Below are positions 1 through 8,719 of a stretch of 64,000 bases of DNA, one piece after another (within the stretch, counting starts at the first letter, position 1; the number at the start of each line of letters is the position of its first letter). Location of the stretch: positions 139,588-203,587 of the forward strand of contig JADJXL010000022.1 in assembly GCA_016715885.1 (NCBI GenBank). Reading direction: 5' to 3'. The notes beneath the pieces were generated by a model, which made no database searches, was not told where the DNA came from, and saw nothing but the letters and a program-made list of their open reading frames with translations. Source of the DNA: Polyangiaceae bacterium (GTDB lineage: Bacteria; Myxococcota_A; Polyangia; Polyangiales; Polyangiaceae). The position numbers and the translations under genes are program-made.

Positions 1-1882
1 CGCTCCGGCCGTGAACATGACGACGCTCGTTTCCTTCAGCGCGGTCATCAATGCGCCCGGCGCGTGCAACACCATGACCAATGGTTCTGGATTTGCCGAA
101 GTGCATTATGATTCCGCGGCGCCTCTTTCGGCCAATGCATCTACGACGGAGACGTTCGAGGGGCTCGTCAAGACGTGGTCAGCCAAGAATGCTATCGGTG
201 GACCGACGGTCCATTGGCAGATCGTGCGTCCCGTTGCCAATGACCTCAATGAAATGGCATTTGGCGCCGACATCAGCGGCGTGAGTGATCATCGATGGGA
301 GTCGCCGGATCTCGAGGTTGGGGCGGGGCCGTTTTCGATGACGTTTCAGCATCGATATGATTTCGAGCAATCTTCTTTTCCGCCCTTTGGAATGCAGAAT
401 TGGGACGGCGGCGTCATCGAGGTCAGCGAAGATGGCGGCATGACGTGGGTCGACGTCAACACCATTGCCGGCGCCAATCCCGGGTACACCGGCACGATCA
501 GCACGCTCGCCAGCAATCCACTCGGCGGGCAACAAGGTTATTCGGGTGCGACGGCGGGTTTTTCCGCCGGTACCATGGTAAACCAAACGATTGACTTTGG
601 AACGGCCGTGGCGAACAAGACCATACGTATTCGATTCCGCATCGGTACGGACGAAGCCGTTGGTGCAGGTGGTTGGTTCATTGACGACATCGCTTTCACG
701 GGTCTCACGAACAAGCCTTTTTCGACGCAGACTGCGAATGCAGGCATGTGCAACCTCGCACCGATTGCGGATGCGGGACCGGATCAAATCGTGCCGAGCG
801 GGGCGAACGTGGCGCTCGACGGATCGGGTAGTTCGGATCCGGACAACATGCCGAATCCGCTTACGTACGCGTGGATGCAAACGGCGGGCCCGGGTGTGAC
901 GTTGTCGAGCGCGACCGACGTCCAGCCAACGTTTGTTGCGCCAAGTGTTGCAATGAGCACGGTCCTTACGTTCCAGCTCGAGGTGAGCGACGGAGCCGCG
1001 GCGGCGAGTGATTCCGTCAACATTACGGTCGAACCTGGCGGCACTGGCGGCATGGGTGGCGGCGGCATGGCGGGCGCTGGCGGCATGGGTGGCGGCGGCA
1101 TGGCGGGCGCTGGCGGCATGGGTGGCGGCGGCATGGCGGGCGCTGGCGGGATGGGCGGCGTTGGCGGAATGGGCGGCGTTGGCGGGATGGGCGGCGTTGG
1201 CGGGATGGGCGGCGTTGGCGGGATGGGCGGCGCTGGCGGCGCGTCGTCGTCGTCGAGCAGCGCGTCGTCGTCGTCGAGCAGCGCGTCGTCGTCGTCGAGC
1301 AGCGCGTCGTCGTCGTCGAGCAGCGCGTCGTCGTCGTCGAGCAGCGCGTCGTCGTCATCGAGCAGCGCGTCGTCGTCGTCGAGCAGCGCGTCGTCGTCGT
1401 CGAGCAGCTCGTCGTCATCATCGAGCGGCTCGTCGTCGTCATCGAGCAGCGCGTCGTCGTCGTCGAGCAGCGCGTCGTCGTCGTCGAGCAGCGCGTCGTC
1501 GTCGTCGAGCAGCGCGTCGTCGTCGTCGAGCAGCGCGTCGTCGTCGTCGAGCAGCGCGTCGTCGTCGTCGAGCAGCTCCGGCATGGGAGGCGCTGGCGGT
1601 GGCGGTGGTATGGCGGGCGCTGGCGGTGAGGGTGGCGGTGGTATGGCGGGCGCTGGCGGTGAGGGTGGCGGTGGTATGGCGGGCGCTGGCGGCGACGGTG
1701 GCGGTGGTATGGCGGGCGCTGGCGGTGATGATGCCAACGGATCCACCATTGTCATCGGAGGGTGCGCTTGCTCGGTGCCAGCCTCCAATGAATCGGCACC
1801 GGTACGCGATGTTGGTGTTTCGCTCCTAGCAGTCATTGGCGCATGGCTCGTTCGCCGCCGCCGCAATGACAAACCCTCTTGA
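1..1882 (+). CDS. C-terminal part of a MYXO-CTERM-anchored secreted protein, with its 5' end outside the window. It has a MAM/choice-of-anchor-like beta-sandwich domain, a PKD-like domain, Gly/Met-rich and Ser-rich tandem repeats and a MYXO-CTERM sorting signal.
   Basis: The reading frame is open from base 2. The protein is about 70% identical to the C-terminal 450 aa of the downstream protease gene (AEVHYDS..TETFEGL..KTWSA, W[FY]IDDIAFTGLTNKPFS). A PKD-like segment is present (DAGPDQIVPSGANVALDGSGSSDPDN). The C-terminus, GGCACSVP followed by a hydrophobic helix and RRRRNDKPS, matches the MYXO-CTERM pattern. Confidence 0.75.
   Translation, partial: APAVNMTTLVSFSAVINAPGACNTMTNGSGFAEVHYDSAAPLSANASTTETFEGLVKTWSAKNAIGGPTVHWQIVRPVANDLNEMAFGADISGVSDHRWESPDLEVGAGPFSMTFQHRYDFEQSSFPPFGMQNWDGGVIEVSEDGGMTWVDVNTIAGANPGYTGTISTLASNPLGGQQGYSGATAGFSAGTMVNQTIDFGTAVANKTIRIRFRIGTDEAVGAGGWFIDDIAFTGLTNKPFSTQTANAGMCNLAPIADAGPDQIVPSGANVALDGSGSSDPDNMPNPLTYAWMQTAGPGVTLSSATDVQPTFVAPSVAMSTVLTFQLEVSDGAAAASDSVNITVEPGGTGGMGGGGMAGAGGMGGGGMAGAGGMGGGGMAGAGGMGGVGGMGGVGGMGGVGGMGGVGGMGGAGGASSSSSSASSSSSSASSSSSSASSSSSSASSSSSSASSSSSSASSSSSSASSSSSSSSSSSSGSSSSSSSASSSSSSASSSSSSASSSSSSASSSSSSASSSSSSASSSSSSSGMGGAGGGGGMAGAGGEGGGGMAGAGGEGGGGMAGAGGDGGGGMAGAGGDDANGSTIVIGGCACSVPASNESAPVRDVGVSLLAVIGAWLVRRRRNDKPS
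1036..1735 (+). repeat. In-frame tandem coding repeats: 42-bp GGMGGGGMAGAGGM units, 18-bp GGVGGM units, about 16 copies of a 21-bp unit gcgtcgtcgtcgtcgagcagc (encoding SSSSSSA, 1241-1576), then 42-bp GGEGGGGMAGAG units.
   Basis: The near-perfect periodic nucleotide repeats are directly visible. The minus-strand mirror ORF of DDDDALL repeats is an artefact of the same repeats. Confidence 0.9.
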
Positions 1883-1890
1883 CCCTAACG

Positions 1891-1925
1891 CGGGGAAAGG
1901 CGACCGTGTTGGTCGTATTTCCCCG
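1891..1925 (+). terminator. Possible hairpin downstream of the MYXO-CTERM gene (cggggaaa ... tttccccg stem, 19-nt loop).
   Basis: An 8-bp inverted repeat lies 9 nt after the stop codon. There is no U-tract. Confidence 0.25.
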
Positions 1926-1987
1926 GCTCACTTCGATGCTTGCAATGAAGGATGTGTGCCCCGTTTCGACGAACGCGGCATGGAGGA

Positions 1988-4900
1988 ATGATGAAACGCA
2001 CTGTACGTTACGCTTCGGTCTTGGTTACGATGCTCACGGGATCCTTCGCGTTCGCTGGCGGGCACGGTTTGCCCAACTACGACGCTTATCTCGACGCGCC
2101 TGAGGCGCAAACTCGGCCGCTTTCGAGCAACTTCGTGCCGTCGGAAATGGTGGTCGGTGTCACGAGCATCGATGAGAAGCGGGGCGTGCCGACGGTCTTC
2201 TGGGCGCCGCAGAATGGCCCGATGGCTCCGACTTCGTTGCAAGCGCGCCCCGAAGCGGCGGCGCGGTATTATCTGGAGTACTACGCGCCGCTTTATGGCC
2301 TCGGGTCCGGAGCTCTTTCGACGGCCAATGCAGCGGCCGTGCACGACACCGGAGGCGGAATCATCGTCGTATTTCGGCAAAAGGCACAGGGGATCGACGT
2401 TCATCGTGCCGAGCTGAGTGTCCTCATGCGTTCGAATCGCGAGCTCGTGGCAATCATGGGGAATTTGCACCCGCACGCATCGGCGAAGATGACACGTTCG
2501 GCGAAGTTCAGTCTGGCGCCGCAAAATTCGATTGCTCGTGCGTTCAACGATTTCTTTGGGACGAAGGTCCCGGCGAGCGCGTTCGTCGATACGAAGAGGC
2601 TCGAATACGGGTATTCGTTCTTCAATCTCGTCGATACGGCGGAGACGAAAAGCAAAAATATCGGTATGGCACGACCAGCCCGTGTCAAAAAGGTGTACTT
2701 CGCAATGCCGGACAGCTTGGTTCCCGCGCATTACGTTGAAATCTGGGGTTGGGACAAGACGGCAAAAGAATCGGTTTTGTATTCGTACGTGATCGCAGCC
2801 GACGACGGCCGGATGCTCGAACGGCGCAGTTTGACGCACGATGCCGCATTCACATATCGCGTGTGGTCGGATGGAGCGCCCAATTTTACGCCACCGGATG
2901 GCCCGCAGGCCGATTATGCGCCGCACCCGACGGGATTGCCGGATGGTTCGTCGCCTGCGTACACGGCGCCCGTGTTGGTGACGGTCGACGGTTTCAATAC
3001 GAATCCTCAAGGCACGTTCGATCCATGGCTCGCCATGGGCGCGACGCAGTCGACCGGCAACAACGCCGATGCCTACGCGGATCTCGATGCCAACAACAAT
3101 CCGGACTACCGCGCAACCACGACGGCACCAGGGGTTTTCGATCGAGTATACAATACGTCGCAAAACCCGACCGTGAGCCAGAATCAGGTGCGCGCGTCGA
3201 TTACGCAGCTCTTCTTCGATGCCAATTATCTGCACGATTATTGGTACGATTCGGGCTTCAACGAGGCGGCGGGCAACGCGCAGCAAAACAATTATGGGCG
3301 CGGTGGAGCAGGAAATGATCGCCTGCTCTTGGAAGCGCAAGATGGAGCGAACACCGGCAATCGCAACAACGCGAACATGTCGACGCCGGCAGATGGTTCG
3401 TCGCCGCGCATGCAGATGTACGTATGGGACGGGCCGCCGAATGCGAGCTTGACGGTGAATCCGGGCAACCAGACGTTCAGCGCTGGCGTTGCGGGATTCG
3501 GGCCTCAGGCGTTCAACATTGGGCCTGCGCAAATCGTGGTGGCGCAGGACAATTCGACCGCCGATCAGGATGGCGGCAACACCGGCAACTTCACGGATGC
3601 ATGTCAGGCGCTGACCGGCGGCGGAAACACGTATACGGGAAAGATCGTGCTTGCCGATCGTGGAGCGTGTGCCTTCGTGGACAAGGTGAAGAACATTCAA
3701 AATGCGGGAGGCATCGGCGCCCTCATTGCAAATAACCAAGCAGTGGGCTTGCCCCCGAGCCCGATGGGGGGGACGGACAATACGATCAACATTGGTACGC
3801 TCGGTATCACGCAAGCCGACGGAGCCAGCCTGAAAACGCAAATTCAGGGCGGTACGATCACGGGAACGATGGTCCGCGGACCGGCGACGGACCGCGATGG
3901 AACGATTGACAACGGTATCGTCGGACATGAATGGGGCCATTACATTCATCACCGATTGACGAGCCCGGGGACGCAGCAAGGTGGCTCCATGGGCGAAGGC
4001 TGGGGCGATTTCGTCGCATTGCATATGCTCATTCGGCAAGGCGATGATCCCACGGGTGTTTACGCGACGGCCGTGTACGCGGGCGCCACGTTTGGCGATA
4101 GCGCGTATTACGGAATTCGTCGGTGCGCGTATACGAAGGACATGATGAAGAATGGCTTGACGTTCAAGCACATCTCGGACGGTCAAGCGCTGCCGCCCAG
4201 CGTCATCGATTTCGGCAACGAAAACTCCGAAGTGCACAACGCGGGCGAAATTTGGGCCACGATGATGTTCGAGGCGTACACGAATCTGCTCCTCGATGCG
4301 CAAGGCCCCAATGCTCGGCATACGTTCGACCAAGCCAAACGCAAAATGGCCGATTACGTCGTGGGTGGCATGCAGGCCGCCCCAGCGAACATGACGTTCA
4401 CCGAGCAGCGCGACGGCATTTTGGCAGCGGCGATTGCCGGCGGAGACCTGGAGGATTTTCAGGATCTCGCAGCAGGTTATGCCACGCGTGGCATCGGCGC
4501 CTGTGCCGTGTCGCCAGCGCGCAATTCAACGACGCTCACGGGCGTCGTGGAAAGCTTTACGGCCAATCCGCAGCCGGTCTTCATTTCGACGGAGCTCACC
4601 GAGGGCGTGCCGAACTGTGATGGCGACGGCGTGCTGGATGCAGGGGAAACCGGTCAAGTGGCGATCAACATCCAAAACCTTGGCTGGTCACCGCTATCGG
4701 GCGCAACCGTGACGGTCACGTCGAGCAACCCGAGCCTCACGTTCCCCAGTGGGAATTCAACAATGTTGCCGATGACGAACGTCTTCGAAACGACGACGGC
4801 TTACGTGCCGGTTGTCTTGTCGAATGCCGTGAATGCAACGACGGTGATACCCCTCAATATCGTCATCAATGCACCGTCGGCGTGCACGGCGACGACCAAT

Positions 4901-6346
4901 GCCACCGGTGCGGCCGAAGTGCATTACGATTCGTATGCACCCCTGACGCCGAATGCATCGACGACCGAAACCTTCGAGGGGCTCGAGAAGACCTGGTCGG
5001 CGACGCTCGCCTCGGGGACGGCCACGACGCTTTGGCAGATCATTCGGCCGAACGCCACCGCCGCGAATGAATTGATCTACGGTCAAGACATCGCCAGCGT
5101 CAGCGACCATCGTTATGAATCGCCAGACCTCGCCGTCGGTGCAGGCGCCTTCTCCATGACCTTCCAGCATCGGTACCAATTCGAACGTTCGCAGGGTCAG
5201 AACTGGGATGGCGCCGTCATCGAATACAGTGAAGACGGCGGCATGAACTGGGCCGACATCAGTACGCTCGCCGGGGTCAATCCCGGTTATGGCGGCACCA
5301 TCAGCACCCAGGCCAGCAATCCCCTCGGCGGTCGGACGGGGTACGTCAATGCTACGAATGGTTTTGCCAACGGCACGATGGTAAACCAAACGATTAACTT
5401 CGGCACGACGCTCGCCAACAAGACCATCAAGCTGCGCTTCCGCATTGGTACGGACGAGGCTGTTGGCTCGGGCGGTTGGTACATCGATAACATCGCCTTC
5501 ACGGGCCTGACGAACAAGCCCTTCTCGGCTCAGGCGGCCGAGGATGGCATGTGCATGAACGAGCTACCGATTGCGAATGCAGGCGTCGATCAGGTCGTAC
5601 CGAGCGGCGCCAATGTCATGCTCGATGGCTCCGGAAGCTCTGATCCGGACAACCAGCCGAGCCCCCTTGCATTCGCGTGGTCGCAGACCGCGGGGCCAGG
5701 TGTGATGCTTTCCGCGCCAATGAGTGCCATGACGAACTTCGTCGCGCCCGCTGTCATGATGGATACGCTCCTCACGTTCCAGTTGACGGTGGACGACGGT
5801 GCCGCGTCTGCGAACGATTCGGTGAACGTGTTGGTGCAGGCTGAACCGGGCACCGGCGGCGCTGGCGGCATGGCGGGTGCTGGCGGCATGGGCGGCGCTG
5901 GCGGCATGGCGGGCGCTGGCGGCATGGGCGGCGCTGGCGGCATGGGCGGCGCTGGCGGTATGGGCGGCGCTGGCGGCATGGCGGGTGCTGGCGGCATGGC
6001 TGGCGAAGGCGGCATGGCGGGCGCTGGCGGCATGGGCGGCGCTGGCGGCGGCATGGCGGGTGCTGGCGGCATGGCTGGCGAAGGCGGCATGGCGGGCGCT
6101 GGCGGCATGGCTGGCGAAGGCGGCATGGCGGGCGCTGGCGGCATGGCTGGCGAAGGCGGCATGGCGGGCGAAGGCGGAGCTGGCGGCGGGTCCACTCGGC
6201 CGCCTCCGGTGCTCAGCGAAGGCGGTTGCGATTGCTCCGTTCCTGGCGGCGAGCGTCCAGAGCCCGCTCGCGATGTCGCAGGCTCGCTCCTCGCACTCGT
6301 TGGCGCGTGGCTCGTGCGCCGTCGTCGCAGCGGCAAACCCTCCTGA
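1988..6346 (+). CDS. Secreted zinc metalloprotease of the M36 fungalysin type with a PA domain, a MAM/choice-of-anchor-like domain, a PKD-like domain, a Gly/Met/Ala-rich repeat linker and a MYXO-CTERM anchor.
   Basis: An ATG at 1988 sits 5 nt after a GGAGG Shine-Dalgarno sequence and is followed by a signal peptide (MMKRTVRYASVLVTMLTGSFAFA). The HEXXH motif is VGHEWGHYIHHRL. The gluzincin third ligand lies in GSMGEGWGDF, as in the fungalysin ESGGMGEGWSD. A PA domain (GKIVLADRGACAFVDKVKNIQNAGGIGALIANN) and a PKD-like domain (NAGVDQVVPSGANVMLDGSGSSDPDN) are present. The C-terminus is GGCDCSVP, then a TM helix, then RRRRSGKPS. Confidence 0.8.
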   Translation: MMKRTVRYASVLVTMLTGSFAFAGGHGLPNYDAYLDAPEAQTRPLSSNFVPSEMVVGVTSIDEKRGVPTVFWAPQNGPMAPTSLQARPEAAARYYLEYYAPLYGLGSGALSTANAAAVHDTGGGIIVVFRQKAQGIDVHRAELSVLMRSNRELVAIMGNLHPHASAKMTRSAKFSLAPQNSIARAFNDFFGTKVPASAFVDTKRLEYGYSFFNLVDTAETKSKNIGMARPARVKKVYFAMPDSLVPAHYVEIWGWDKTAKESVLYSYVIAADDGRMLERRSLTHDAAFTYRVWSDGAPNFTPPDGPQADYAPHPTGLPDGSSPAYTAPVLVTVDGFNTNPQGTFDPWLAMGATQSTGNNADAYADLDANNNPDYRATTTAPGVFDRVYNTSQNPTVSQNQVRASITQLFFDANYLHDYWYDSGFNEAAGNAQQNNYGRGGAGNDRLLLEAQDGANTGNRNNANMSTPADGSSPRMQMYVWDGPPNASLTVNPGNQTFSAGVAGFGPQAFNIGPAQIVVAQDNSTADQDGGNTGNFTDACQALTGGGNTYTGKIVLADRGACAFVDKVKNIQNAGGIGALIANNQAVGLPPSPMGGTDNTINIGTLGITQADGASLKTQIQGGTITGTMVRGPATDRDGTIDNGIVGHEWGHYIHHRLTSPGTQQGGSMGEGWGDFVALHMLIRQGDDPTGVYATAVYAGATFGDSAYYGIRRCAYTKDMMKNGLTFKHISDGQALPPSVIDFGNENSEVHNAGEIWATMMFEAYTNLLLDAQGPNARHTFDQAKRKMADYVVGGMQAAPANMTFTEQRDGILAAAIAGGDLEDFQDLAAGYATRGIGACAVSPARNSTTLTGVVESFTANPQPVFISTELTEGVPNCDGDGVLDAGETGQVAINIQNLGWSPLSGATVTVTSSNPSLTFPSGNSTMLPMTNVFETTTAYVPVVLSNAVNATTVIPLNIVINAPSACTATTNATGAAEVHYDSYAPLTPNASTTETFEGLEKTWSATLASGTATTLWQIIRPNATAANELIYGQDIASVSDHRYESPDLAVGAGAFSMTFQHRYQFERSQGQNWDGAVIEYSEDGGMNWADISTLAGVNPGYGGTISTQASNPLGGRTGYVNATNGFANGTMVNQTINFGTTLANKTIKLRFRIGTDEAVGSGGWYIDNIAFTGLTNKPFSAQAAEDGMCMNELPIANAGVDQVVPSGANVMLDGSGSSDPDNQPSPLAFAWSQTAGPGVMLSAPMSAMTNFVAPAVMMDTLLTFQLTVDDGAASANDSVNVLVQAEPGTGGAGGMAGAGGMGGAGGMAGAGGMGGAGGMGGAGGMGGAGGMAGAGGMAGEGGMAGAGGMGGAGGGMAGAGGMAGEGGMAGAGGMAGEGGMAGAGGMAGEGGMAGEGGAGGGSTRPPPVLSEGGCDCSVPGGERPEPARDVAGSLLALVGAWLVRRRRSGKPS
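5850..6180 (+). repeat. Tandem 21/24-bp coding repeats (ggcggcatggcgggcgctggc units) encoding a (GGMAGAGG/GGMAGEGG)n linker.
   Basis: The periodic repeat is visible in the sequence. It is homologous to the linker repeats in the upstream paralogue. Confidence 0.85.
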
Positions 6347-6356
6347 CAACCTGCAT

Positions 6357-6394
6357 CGAGGGGAAAACGAATCGCTCGATGCGTTTTCCCCTCG
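6357..6394. terminator. Perfect 13-bp inverted repeat (CGAGGGGAAAACG, 12-nt loop, CGTTTTCCCCTCG) between the convergent protease and MAPEG genes. It is a candidate bidirectional terminator.
   Basis: Seen directly in the sequence, 11 nt after the protease stop codon. No U-tract is present, which is common in high-GC genomes. Confidence 0.5.
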
Positions 6395-6515
6395 CGCGCA
6401 TTCGGTTCCGCCCACCCATTGCTCGTCAATGGCGTGGGCGGTTTGTTTGGAGGTATATGGGGGACGATGAACGCGTAGGGGCGGGAAACGCGGTTGGTCC
6501 AGTCATGCCATTCAA

Positions 6516-6923
6516 TCAGTGTGGCGTGGCCGGAGCCATTGCTGCAATGACGAATTGGCCAATTGCGGCCAGCATTCCGAGCGCAAACATCATCGACCGC
6601 GCCTTGTCGACATTGGCAACGTACAAGACGCCATGTAGAAAGCGGGCCACGACCCACACGATCGCAAGAATCATCGAATGCGTCGGGTTGGCATGCGTGA
6701 CATGCGCTACGAGAACTGCGGGCGCATACACGGCAAGTGCTTCCATTGCGTTCTGGTGCGCAGAATATGCGCGCGCACCCTTGCCTTCGAGCTTCGATGT
6801 TTGAAGGCGCGGATGCGCATTGTCTAAATTGCCGAATTGCTCCTTGCGAGCCGACAAGGCTACAGGCAGCCACGCATAAGGCAGGATCACGGCAACGAGC
6901 AAGGTCCAAAGCGGGATGGTCAT
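6516..6923 (-). CDS. MAPEG-family membrane protein (microsomal glutathione S-transferase-like).
   Basis: About 135 aa with four hydrophobic helices. The internal ATG at 6923 is preceded by a GAGGAG Shine-Dalgarno sequence. The sequence pattern is that of MAPEG proteins. Confidence 0.6.
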   Translation of the reverse strand: MTIPLWTLLVAVILPYAWLPVALSARKEQFGNLDNAHPRLQTSKLEGKGARAYSAHQNAMEALAVYAPAVLVAHVTHANPTHSMILAIVWVVARFLHGVLYVANVDKARSMMFALGMLAAIGQFVIAAMAPATPH

Positions 6924-7208
6924 GGGAAAAGTTCTCCTCGGCAAGATTCGGAAGACGAGAAACCGCGCTCTTCGCAGGATACACGGGCGAAAAATCGGGT
7001 GCGCGTTCCCCCTAATTGGCGAAGCGTAGATCAATTTTGCAGCGAAGCGCTAGTTTTCTGTTGTTCGACTGCGCAAACGAAGGGGCGCATTGTGGTTCAT
7101 AACTCAAATCACAAATCCGGTTCGCGCAACGCGATGCGTCGAAAATGATTGTGAACACATTTGGCATACGGCCTGCTAGAGTGAATCGAGGGAAGGAGTT
7201 CCTTAACG

Positions 7209-8660
7209 ATGATGACGAAACTTCATTGCGGTATTCTTGCGGCGTTCATGGCGAGCGCGGGGGCATTGACGGTCGGTTGCGACGAAACGACCACGACGGG
7301 GACCAGCAGCTCGAGCTCGTCCGGTTCCGGTGGCTCTGCGGGGGAAGGTGGAATGGCCGGTAACGGGGGAGCGGCCGGGGGTGGTGCTGGTGGCGGCGGA
7401 ATGGGAGGAACTGGTGGAGTGGGTGGCGGCGGAAGCGGCGGCGGCATGATGGCCGTACCGGATCTCGATACCAATCTCATGTGGTATGGAGAAAACCGCA
7501 AAGCGCTCGACGAAATGATCGACCAAGTCGGGGTCAACAGCGCGAATTACGATCCGAACAAGAAGCCGGTCGCGATTTACGACTGGGACAACACCGTCAT
7601 CAAGAACGACATTGGCGACATCATGTTCTTCTATCAAGTGAAGAACGACAAGATCATTCAGCCGCCGAACAAGGATTGGACGACGACGAGTCGGTATCTC
7701 ACGACCGAAGCCGCAAATGCATTGGCCGCTGCCTGTGGTAGCTTGGCGGCTGCGGGAATGCCTTTGCCCACGAGCACCAATGCGGCTTGCGCGGATGAGC
7801 TCGTTGCGGTGTACACGACGGCGAAAACCACGGCGGGTGCAGCCGCATATTCAGGCTGGAACTATCGAACGATGGAACCGGCCTACGCGTGGGTCGCTCA
7901 ATTGCAAGCCGGCTTCACGACGGATGAATTGAAGGGATTTGCCAAGACGGCGCTCGACGCTGCACTCGCGGAAACCGAGGGGGCGACACAAACGGTCGGC
8001 ACGACGTCCGTCAATGCGTGGCTGAGAATTTATGCGCAAATCGCAAACCTCATCGACGTCATGCAGAAGAACGGAATCGACGTTTGGGTCATTTCCGCAT
8101 CGTCGCAGCCCATCGTCGAAGCCTTTGCGGAGAAGGTGAACATTGCCGCCGACCACGTCATTGGCATTCGAACCGTAAAGGATGCCATGGGCAAACACAC
8201 GTACGATATCGTGGGCTGCGGCTCGGTTCCCGACGGATCGGGCAATGGCAGCGGCAATCCGCTGGGCAATACGATGATCAGCTACATCGAGGGCAAGCGC
8301 TGCTGGATGAACACGGTGATCTACGGCGAGAGTGGTGCGGCAGCAGAAATGACGAATCCGGACATGGCAAAACGCCCCGTTTTCGGTGCTGGCGATTCCG
8401 ATACGGACATTTCCTTCCTGCACGATGCGACGCACCTGAAGCTCGTGATCAATCGCAACAAGAACGAAATCATGTGCAACGGGTACGCGAACCACGACAA
8501 GAAGTGGATCATCAACCCGATGTTCATTCAGCCCAAAGGCCAATATGCAGCGGGCTATCCGTGCTCGACGACGGCGTGCAAGGACGAGGCAGGGGCTTCC
8601 GTGCCTTGTACGAACGAGCTAAAGGAAATCATCGCAGACCAGACGGACACGGTCTACTGA
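7209..8660 (+). CDS. Lipoprotein with a Gly-rich linker and a HAD-superfamily hydrolase (phosphatase-like) domain.
   Basis: An AAGGAG Shine-Dalgarno sequence precedes the ATG. The lipobox is LTVGC. HAD motif I is DxDxT (AIYDWDNTV) and the C-terminal HAD motif is GAGDSDTDISFL. Confidence 0.7.
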   Translation: MMTKLHCGILAAFMASAGALTVGCDETTTTGTSSSSSSGSGGSAGEGGMAGNGGAAGGGAGGGGMGGTGGVGGGGSGGGMMAVPDLDTNLMWYGENRKALDEMIDQVGVNSANYDPNKKPVAIYDWDNTVIKNDIGDIMFFYQVKNDKIIQPPNKDWTTTSRYLTTEAANALAAACGSLAAAGMPLPTSTNAACADELVAVYTTAKTTAGAAAYSGWNYRTMEPAYAWVAQLQAGFTTDELKGFAKTALDAALAETEGATQTVGTTSVNAWLRIYAQIANLIDVMQKNGIDVWVISASSQPIVEAFAEKVNIAADHVIGIRTVKDAMGKHTYDIVGCGSVPDGSGNGSGNPLGNTMISYIEGKRCWMNTVIYGESGAAAEMTNPDMAKRPVFGAGDSDTDISFLHDATHLKLVINRNKNEIMCNGYANHDKKWIINPMFIQPKGQYAAGYPCSTTACKDEAGASVPCTNELKEIIADQTDTVY

Positions 8661-8719
8661 GCTGATTGGATGACGAGGGGCCTCGTCATGAGGCCCCTCG
8701 GGTTCATTGGCGGGAAACC

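Noticed and set aside
1241-1576. A regular 21-bp direct repeat array that could be mistaken for a CRISPR array.
   Set aside because: There are no unique spacers, the units are contiguous, and the array is in frame inside a coding region (Ser-rich linker).
784-1872. A minus-strand ORF encoding (DDDDALL)n and (PPAPAMP)n repeats.
   Set aside because: It is the mirror-image reading of the Gly/Ser tandem repeat DNA of the MYXO-CTERM gene. The plus-strand frame has clear homology to the paralogue and a sorting signal.
1928-4333. An 801-aa minus-strand ORF antisense to the protease gene, with similar long antisense ORFs elsewhere (179-880, 9458-10741+, 15840-18344+, 46836-48653-, 49841-51460-, 31589-32473-).
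   Set aside because: They are extremely Arg/His-rich with no recognisable domains. They lie fully inside better-supported genes on the other strand. This is the typical artefact of more than 65% GC sequence, where stop codons are rare in antisense frames.
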